This document shows, piece after piece, positions 51,857 through 59,693 of a DNA stretch of 64,000 nt; the first letter of the stretch is position 1, and each line of letters begins with the position of its first letter. The stretch covers positions 124,001 to 188,000 of the forward strand of contig OZ025757.1 of the NCBI GenBank assembly GCA_964019335.1, written 5' to 3'. The DNA is from Diplonema japonicum. Lineage: Eukaryota > Protista > Euglenozoa: Diplonemea. Both the position numbers and the translations under genes were made by a program. Below the pieces are notes generated by a model that worked only from the letters and a program-made list of their open reading frames with translations, did no database searches and was not told the DNA's origin.

Positions 51857-54649
51857 TCAGGGAGCGATCCAGACCCCCAACCTTTGCCCTTCCTGATCCT
51901 TGATCCACGCCCCTGTCTCCCCATTGATATGCCACTTCACAGCCGTTGTGGTGGGACCGGAGAACTTCACGTGCTTCACATTCCACCCGTCCCCGCCCTG
52001 TTCCCTCAACCGCACCTCCCGAGGGAGCATCGCGGCAGTGGGGATAGTGAAGAGGGCGATCGACCCCTGAGCAGGAGCCACCACACTCCCCACAATCTGA
52101 ACACTCCCATCCCAGTACTCCACCTCAACGGGGAAGGAGTGCGCCGACTGGGAGTAGTCACCTGTCCCTGTCTGCACCTCCAGTGTCAAAGACACAGGTT
52201 TCAGAATGGAAACGATCGAGAGGGAAGTCTGCCCCCAGAGCCTGCACTCGTGTGAGTCGGCCGTGCACGAAGGGCAGCTCGCAGCAGGGGCACGTAGCGC
52301 CAGCCCGATGTCGTTGCCGCACCTGCAAAGGTCGTTTTGCATGCTGGAGTACGTCGATCCCTGTGCCCTGCACGTCTCGGAGCACTCCGACACTGTGAGC
52401 AATGAGCTCTGCAGAACGTGCGACGCTCCTGCAGGACCGTAATTTGTGTAACATCCCACGTGCACGGGGACCGCACTACGCACGGACACCCTCCCAGCAG
52501 CCCCTGTGGCTGTGCACTCCGAGGTGTCGCTACGGGTGCTCCCCACGAAGTCCGCAGAATTCCCGCAGCAGCACTCCACTTTGCCACCCGTCGTCGTCAG
52601 CCCGGAGCGTGTGTGGCCTTCAGAACCGCATGCCGACGCGCACCCCTCCGCCGTCACCGCAGCAATGATCACCCTGATGGGCATAATGGGGTTCCCGTTC
52701 ATCACCTCATGCAGGCATCCCATTTCGTTCCCGGGGTACTGAACCGATCTTGAAATGGTCAGCCTCTGGAGGCCGTTGTTGGTGTCCGCAATGAACAGGT
52801 GGTCGCCGCTGACGTGCACTGTCGACTGGCCCATGCCGGTGGCGAGGTTGGTTGTGCCCGTGGTCTTCGCGTACTGCTCATGCGGTGCACTGATGTCAAC
52901 GATGGTGACATAGTCATACAATGTGACGTACTTGAGAAAGGCTGTCTCCTCCGACACAGCCATCTGGAAGGGGTTGCTGAACTCAAAGGTCCCACCTTGA
53001 ACAGGCGTTGCTGGGGTGCTGACGTCAACAGCCGTGAACTTCGTCTCGCTGGTAACGTAGACAATTGTGCCCCTCACGTGAACATCCTTCGCACCAACAA
53101 TGTCGAACTTCCCAATGAAAGTGGGAACCGAAGTCGAACACACATTGACCAGCTGAAGGCTCGTCCCGTCCGCAATGTAAGCGGTTGTCCCTGATACAGT
53201 CACCGCCTTCGCAGTCCCTGGTGTGTCGAAGACACCCAAACGGCGCATCGGGCTGTTCTCTGTGTCCAGGATCACAAGACCAGCCGACCCACAAGCAAGA
53301 TACAAAGTGCTGCCCTCCACATACATATCTTCAACACCATGCTGCGAGTAGATCTCCAAGAGGAGGGGGGCCGCAGGGTTGCTGACATCGAGGGTGAAGA
53401 CCTCCGAGGACGCGAAGTAAAGCCTGTTCCCGACCACCTTCTCCGCCATCCCGTTGATCATATGCGGGTGGCTGTAAAACCCAACCCTCAGCATGCTGCT
53501 CCTGTCAAACACCTCAATACCATACGGGCTGGACACCTTGAACACGTGCGTATCGGACGAAGCAAGAAGGGGAACCTGCTCTGTAGGGAGGGCAGCGAGG
53601 GTCTGGAAGACCTCGGAGGACGAAGCTGTGGAGTACGCGAACTGCACGAAGCCCGCGTCTTGCAAAATGTAGTGATGAGCACCTGCTCTCGGCAAATGAA
53701 CAAGTCTGCGGTTTGTCGCGGTAGATGTAGTCTTCAAATGAAGAGGGCTCGTAGGGGATCCACCAAGACCGTTCGTCGTGTTAATGTTGTACCTCACTAT
53801 CTCATTAGTGGTGAGGACAAGGAGCCAGCCACCATCGCTTCTGATATCCACAATAGGCGCGGAAAGGATCGCTGTGAGAGTGATGGTCGACTGCCTGACC
53901 GCACCGGCGCTGCCCAAAGACAATACATAGAAAACCGAACCGCAACCGATGTAAAGGGAATCCTCGTGGTAAAAACTAAAGGCGGTCACGGGGCCTATCA
54001 AAGTGGTAGGAAGGGTCACGGTCCGATCACCACCCGCAACGGGAGCAGACGCACCGGTAGCAGCCAAAGTACCGGTGAAGGTTAGCCCATCTGATTTATA
54101 CATGAACTCTTCACTACCGTGCCTCACAGCCTGTGCCGATGAGGCAGCTGCGGAATACGTGTGTTCCCAGGTAGTTGTCAGAGCTGACAATGCAAACCTC
54201 TTGAACAGAGTGGTGGAGTGGAAGGAACCGATAAAAACGATCTCGGACGTGGAGGGTGCCCATTTGAGCTCAAGGCACTCAGACAGCACATGGGGGGAGT
54301 TATGTACTTCCGTCGGGCTATCCCAGTATTGCAGGCTGTACGCGGTGACCTCTTCGTGCGTTGCCACATATAACATCCCAGATACGACTATGACCCGTTG
54401 TGCGGGGTATCTCGTCTTCAGGGTTCCGCCCACTTTCGGGTTCGTTGGGATCGAGAGGTCATAGATGAGAACCCCATGGTGGCCCGCAGCAACATACCCG
54501 TGCTTCTCGTCCGCGCTAGTTGTAAGGTCTTTGAGGTCTACACTGTCCCTTGGTCTGTCGAAACGCCCTGAGAGGGTAGTGGCTGCTTCGCTGTCTACCA
54601 CCAACCAGCATAGTGCCACGATGAGAGCATGGGGCGATGCAGAACGCAT
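51857..54649 (-). CDS. Secreted LVIVD/2xWSC/PLAT-like protein, copy 7 (subfamily B)
   Basis: 930 aa with a signal peptide. GYVAAGHHGVLIYDLSIPTNPK repeats, WSC MGCLHE../VGCYTN.., PLAT-like LTLEVQTGTGDYSQS..GGDGWNV. Ends GVWIAP. Confidence 0.85.
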   Translation of the reverse strand: MRSASPHALIVALCWLVVDSEAATTLSGRFDRPRDSVDLKDLTTSADEKHGYVAAGHHGVLIYDLSIPTNPKVGGTLKTRYPAQRVIVVSGMLYVATHEEVTAYSLQYWDSPTEVHNSPHVLSECLELKWAPSTSEIVFIGSFHSTTLFKRFALSALTTTWEHTYSAAASSAQAVRHGSEEFMYKSDGLTFTGTLAATGASAPVAGGDRTVTLPTTLIGPVTAFSFYHEDSLYIGCGSVFYVLSLGSAGAVRQSTITLTAILSAPIVDIRSDGGWLLVLTTNEIVRYNINTTNGLGGSPTSPLHLKTTSTATNRRLVHLPRAGAHHYILQDAGFVQFAYSTASSSEVFQTLAALPTEQVPLLASSDTHVFKVSSPYGIEVFDRSSMLRVGFYSHPHMINGMAEKVVGNRLYFASSEVFTLDVSNPAAPLLLEIYSQHGVEDMYVEGSTLYLACGSAGLVILDTENSPMRRLGVFDTPGTAKAVTVSGTTAYIADGTSLQLVNVCSTSVPTFIGKFDIVGAKDVHVRGTIVYVTSETKFTAVDVSTPATPVQGGTFEFSNPFQMAVSEETAFLKYVTLYDYVTIVDISAPHEQYAKTTGTTNLATGMGQSTVHVSGDHLFIADTNNGLQRLTISRSVQYPGNEMGCLHEVMNGNPIMPIRVIIAAVTAEGCASACGSEGHTRSGLTTTGGKVECCCGNSADFVGSTRSDTSECTATGAAGRVSVRSAVPVHVGCYTNYGPAGASHVLQSSLLTVSECSETCRAQGSTYSSMQNDLCRCGNDIGLALRAPAASCPSCTADSHECRLWGQTSLSIVSILKPVSLTLEVQTGTGDYSQSAHSFPVEVEYWDGSVQIVGSVVAPAQGSIALFTIPTAAMLPREVRLREQGGDGWNVKHVKFSGPTTTAVKWHINGETGAWIKDQEGQRLGVWIAP

Positions 54650-55014
54650 GTTTCTTTTTTTTTTTTTTCTTGATTTGGCTTCTTCTTTTTTTTTTCTCTG
54701 GGGGTGAAAAGGAGTTTTAAAAAAAAAAAGAAAGAGAAAGACAAAGTATAAAAAAAAAATTTAAATAAAAACGTTGAAACAGGGGGGGGGGGGGGGGGGG
54801 GGGTTTCTCTCTCTCTTGCTCGGTTTTGCAAATCGACGGCAGACAGGAGGATTGGGGGGGGAGAAAAAAAAAAGAGAAAAAAAAAACTCCCCATTAAAAT
54901 AGACCAACGGTCAACAAGAGTTTTTTTTTTTTTTTTTTTTAAATTACCAACAAATAAATGATGTCGTAATTTTGAGTTTCCGGTAAGTAAAGTTTTACCT
55001 AAGCAAGGAACAAG

Positions 55015-55058
<44 letters not shown>

Positions 55059-55068
55059 AATTGCAATA

Positions 55069-55165
55069 CGTTCTCCCACTCGGGCGCTACCGGTGATGAC
55101 CGACGAGGAGGTCAACACGGGAACAACACATCTGATGCACTTCTTAAAATTCCATGTTATCTCCA
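55069..55165. repeat. R2 partial copy
   Basis: GTTCTCCCACTCGGGCGCTACCGGTGATGACCGACGAGGAGGTCAAC..AACAACACATCTGATG. Confidence 0.8.
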
Positions 55166-55644
55166 CCACCAAAGAAAAAAAAAAGATTCTAAAAAACAAA
55201 AACAAAAGACATTTAGAAATGAAAGGAGAAGGGGAAGAGGGACGGGGGGGGGGGGTTCTTTTTTTTGAAGAAGAAAGAATGAAAAAAAAAAGAAATATCC
55301 TGGCGCTTGTTTGTTTGTGCATTATTAGCATCGGCACGAAAACGTGTTAATTTCCCCTCCAGAAAAACCTGCATAAAAAAGCAGACTAACTGCACAAGCC
55401 ATTGAATAATCCTTAGTTAAGACAATATAATAAATATTGCATTTACAACAAGAAAAAGAGAAGGATAAAAACAGGGAAACGATCTATCCTTCTAGAGCAA
55501 AGCATTTGAGGGGGAGAAGGGGGGGAGACAGAACAAACGAAGGAGCAGAAACCATTTTGCACGAGTGGGGATAGAGGGTTGAAACATGAGACACTCAACT
55601 ATCATTAACTGAATCATCCAAAACACCTTGGTTCCCGTGTAAAA

Positions 55645-55776
55645 ATAATTCTTTATGACTATATGTCTTTGTTTTTTCGCGGTTTTTTTTTTTTTTTTTT
55701 TTTTTTTTTCTTTCTTGCTCGGCACAAGGTACATATAGTTATAAAGTCATTTTTTTGAAAGATAAATATTTGTAAC
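55645..55776. repeat. R1 copy with the loop replaced by poly-T
   Basis: AATTCTTTATGACTATATGTCTTTG...TTGCTCGGCACAAGGTACATATAGTTATAAAG..GAAAGATAAATATTTGTAAC. Confidence 0.8.
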
Positions 55777-55923
55777 AAAAAAAAAAAAAAAAAAAAAAGA
55801 AAAGAAAAAAAGAATAGCGGCTTACCACCTCTCTAAATATTCCAACGGACTGTCGCAGTACACAAGGTGGAATAAGAGAATGATATAGAGTGTCGTGGCT
55901 TTTTATCGACCACCTTGACCACT

Positions 55924-58638
55924 TCAAGGAGCGACCCAGACCCCCAGCCTGTGCCCTTCCTGATCCTTGATCCACATCCCTGTCGCACCATCGACACGCC
56001 ACTTCACAGCCGTTGTGGTGGGACCGGAGAACTTCACGTGCTTCACATTCCACCCGTCCCCGCCCTGTTCCTTCAACCGCACCTCCCGAGGGAGCATCGC
56101 GGCAGTGGGGATGGTGAAGAGGGCGGTCGACCCCTGAGCAGGAGCTACCACACTCCCCACAATCTGAACACTCCCATCCCAGTACTCCACCTCAACGGGG
56201 AAGGAGTGCGCCGACTGGGAGTAGTCACCTGTCCCTGTCTGCACCTCCAGTGTCAAAGACACAGGTTTCAGAATGGAGAATGCTTGCCGATTGTACCGCC
56301 CGCACTTCTGCTGAGGGTCCGCGAGGCACGGAAAACTGCAGTCAGCTGCTGGAGCAAGTTTTTGTGTCCCGATGTTGTCCCAGCAATAGCACGAGCCCCT
56401 GCCCAGCACACCGGAGTAGGCTTTCCCCTTCGCCTGGCACAGCCCCGCACACCGCGACACCGTCACAAAGCTATTAGCCCCCGCGTGCTCCAACCTTCTC
56501 GTGTCGTCTTCTAAGAGGTCCACGTAGCACCCCACATGCACAGGCACCGCACTCCGTACAGCGATCCTCCCAGAGTCCACAGCCGAACACCCAGAAGCCT
56601 CACTGCGGATGCTTCCCACGAAATCCGCCGCCTCCCCGCAGCAGCACTCCACACTCGCAGCCATCGTTCGCAGACCAGAGTGCGTGAACTTCACAGAGCT
56701 GCACAATGACGCACACTGCACTGAAGTCATTGTGGTGAAGAACTTCCTGACAGGCAGGATATAGTTGTTGGCAGCCACCTCATGCAGACACCCCACTTCA
56801 CTGCCAGAGAAAGATGCAATTGTGTCGGTGATGGTCAGCCTCTGAAGGCCATGATGCATGTCCGCAATAAACAAGAAGGGGCCACTGACGTGCATCATGG
56901 GCTGCGCCGTGGTGCTGATCGCGGTGTGTTTTTCCTGGAGCTGCCAGTAGCTGATGTCGACTGTGCTAATGGTGCTTGGTCTGACGAGGAAAGCCGCCTG
57001 CTGCGTCACAGCTATCGTAAAGGAGGAGGTCTTGTAATTCCTCTGGGAAGGTGCTGCAGGTGTTTTGACATCCACCACCGCCATGTTTATGCTGTTCACA
57101 ACGTAGGCGGTCTTCCCCACCACCTCCACATCCCTCGCACCAGCAATGCTCACCATCCCAAGAAGCACAGGCGACGCGGGATCGCACGCCTCGACCACCT
57201 GAAGGCTCGTCCCGTCCGCAATGTAAGCGGTTGTCCCTGATACAGTCACCGCCTTCGCAGTCCCTGGTGTGTCGAAGACACCAAGAAAGCGCATCGGGCT
57301 GTTCTCTGTGTCCAGGATCATAAGACCAGCCGACCCACAAGCAAGATACAAAGTGCTGCCCTCCACATACATATCTTCAACACCACGCTGCGAGTAGATC
57401 TCCAAGAGGAGGGGGGCCGCAGGGTTGCTGACATCGAGGGTGAAGACCTCCGAGGACGCGAAGTAAAGCCTGTTCCCGACCACCTTCTCCGCCATCCCGA
57501 GGATCGCATGCGGATGGCTGTAAAACCCAACCCTCTGCAGGGTGTTCTTGTCAAACACCTCAATACCATACGGGCTGAACGCCTTGAACACATGTGTGGC
57601 AGACGAAGCAAGAAGGGGAGCAAGCTCAACGAGGGGAAAGGGGACGAATTTGATTTTAGAAGCGAAATCGTAAAAAAGCAGTGCCTCTGTGGTGACGACA
57701 TAGATGCTGCTCGCAACGGTGACGGCGCGTATGTTGCTCCCCACCGGATCGTTCGAACCGCTGTGTAAAAGGCTGGGGTGGTTGTGGTCCGTAACGGAGT
57801 ACACAAACACCGCCTTTGTGGTGACAACTGTCAATACAGCGCCAGATAGTCTAATGTCCACGACAGGGTCGGCTAAGGTTGTCGTGCGGAGGATAGTAAT
57901 ATCTGACTCACTTAAAGACACATAGTGGCAACGCGTCCCCTCTGCTAGGTAACCGCGTGTCCTCGAGGTACCCTCCACCATCTTGAAGACCGTGACATCG
58001 ACTCCGGAAATTGAGGGTGGGTAATAGAAGTAATAGCGTACATCAGGCAGCACTTCGATTCCGCTGAATATGAAGCAGTCCACGCTAATCCTCGTGGCCC
58101 TGCAGCTCCAATCGCTTTCATATGATGCCCCGATCCCGACGTAATTCAAGGATATCTGCGCGATCACACCGAGCTGAAGTGTGTACTTACTGAGGAATGA
58201 CTGCTGGTAATGTACGTTTATATCGTTACTGATTGAAAATATGATATTTCCTGAAAGGTAAATGAAAAATGGCGACACCGGGCGATGCGGTGTGCTGTAC
58301 ATCACCGTTGGTCTGTCCCAGAACTGCAGACTGTATCCGGTGATTTCGGCAGAGCCTTCTACGTACAGAACCCCGTTAACGACGAGGACCCTGTCTGCAG
58401 AGGATCTTGTCTTCAGGGTGCTGATCAGAATCGGGTTTCTCGCGGAGGCAAGGTTGTAGATCAGAACCCCTTGGGCCCCTGCCGCCACGTACCCGGCGTT
58501 GTTGTGCATCGCAATGTCGCTCAGTGTGACATTGTCCCTTGGTTTGTCAATTAGGCCCGACAGGGATGGTGCAGCCTCGCTGTCCAACACCAACCAGCAC
58601 AGTACTAAACAGAGAGCAAGGGACACAGGGCGCCGCAT
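55924..58638 (-). CDS. Secreted LVIVD/2xWSC/PLAT-like protein, copy 8 (subfamily B)
   Basis: 904 aa starting MRRPVSLALCLVLCWLVLDSEA and ending GVWVAP. Confidence 0.85.
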   Translation of the reverse strand: MRRPVSLALCLVLCWLVLDSEAAPSLSGLIDKPRDNVTLSDIAMHNNAGYVAAGAQGVLIYNLASARNPILISTLKTRSSADRVLVVNGVLYVEGSAEITGYSLQFWDRPTVMYSTPHRPVSPFFIYLSGNIIFSISNDINVHYQQSFLSKYTLQLGVIAQISLNYVGIGASYESDWSCRATRISVDCFIFSGIEVLPDVRYYFYYPPSISGVDVTVFKMVEGTSRTRGYLAEGTRCHYVSLSESDITILRTTTLADPVVDIRLSGAVLTVVTTKAVFVYSVTDHNHPSLLHSGSNDPVGSNIRAVTVASSIYVVTTEALLFYDFASKIKFVPFPLVELAPLLASSATHVFKAFSPYGIEVFDKNTLQRVGFYSHPHAILGMAEKVVGNRLYFASSEVFTLDVSNPAAPLLLEIYSQRGVEDMYVEGSTLYLACGSAGLMILDTENSPMRFLGVFDTPGTAKAVTVSGTTAYIADGTSLQVVEACDPASPVLLGMVSIAGARDVEVVGKTAYVVNSINMAVVDVKTPAAPSQRNYKTSSFTIAVTQQAAFLVRPSTISTVDISYWQLQEKHTAISTTAQPMMHVSGPFLFIADMHHGLQRLTITDTIASFSGSEVGCLHEVAANNYILPVRKFFTTMTSVQCASLCSSVKFTHSGLRTMAASVECCCGEAADFVGSIRSEASGCSAVDSGRIAVRSAVPVHVGCYVDLLEDDTRRLEHAGANSFVTVSRCAGLCQAKGKAYSGVLGRGSCYCWDNIGTQKLAPAADCSFPCLADPQQKCGRYNRQAFSILKPVSLTLEVQTGTGDYSQSAHSFPVEVEYWDGSVQIVGSVVAPAQGSTALFTIPTAAMLPREVRLKEQGGDGWNVKHVKFSGPTTTAVKWRVDGATGMWIKDQEGHRLGVWVAP

Positions 58639-59693
58639 AACGTTTTTTTTTTTTTTTTTTTTTTTTTTTTTCCCCTCTCAGTCTGAAATAGGAATTTTGC
58701 CTTTGTTTGTGCGTGCAGGAAAAGTAAAAAGATACGGGGGAATGATGAAGGGGGCGGCGGCTATGCTGGCAAGGAAACGCGTTTCCAAGTTTTTTTTTTT
58801 TTTTTTTTTCGAAAAAAAAAAGGAAACGGAAACGGAAACGTTTCCCCATTTCTTGCCAGCATAGCCCTGGGGGGGGGGGGGGGTTAAACAAATACATATT
58901 TGAGTTAAAAGAGGCCGGTATTGGTGGCGCCCTGCACAAGAACTGTACATATGCCACACCAACCAGTACGACGTTAGAACATGGGGGAGGGGGAGAAAAA
59001 AAAAAGGAGGCTTATTTTTTTTTTTTTTTAGAATTGAAGTTTTTGAATTGTTCAGAACCCTTGGACTCCTACGATTAGGAAGGAAAAAAAAAAAAAAAGA
59101 GAGGGTGAGACAACAAAAAGAAAGTCTCGCGTCCGTACTTAAGGTCTGATAATTTTGAGCAAAAGGGGAGGGGGGTGGTGGTTTTTTTTTTTTTTCTTTT
59201 TTTTTTTCTTTCTTTCCGTCAGAAGTACACAGTACTCCTGTAGATTGGACACTAATAGCTTTAAATGCCAACAAGCAGTGAAAGTTAACGCCACTCTCTG
59301 TTCCTACAATATCACAGAGGGCCCGCCGGAATGGCTGTTTCAACCATGTTGTCTGCAGCTTGTCCAATACAATAAAAAAAAAAGAGAGAAAAAAAAAAAA
59401 AAGCACGAGCAAGTCTTGGTTGTCGAGTGGGCCTATGAGTGACCGGAGGGTGATTCTGCTCATAGTCCCGAAGGTTTAATTGATCTAAAAGAGAAGGATA
59501 AAAACAGGGTCTAACCTTCTAGAGCATAGCTTCTGAGGGGAAAGGGGGGCAAAGAGAATCATCTAACACCTTGGTTCCCAAATAAAAAGAATAGGGTCTC
59601 TGACTCTCCTAACTAAACAAAACAACGGACTGTCGCAGTACATAAGAGAATGATATAGAGTGCCGTGGCTTTTTATCGACCACCTTGACCACT

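Noticed and set aside
58678-59463. 261-aa ORF between copies 8 and 9
   Set aside because: Dominated by polyK/F/P from homopolymers and not preserved in the paralogous spacer upstream of copy 9.
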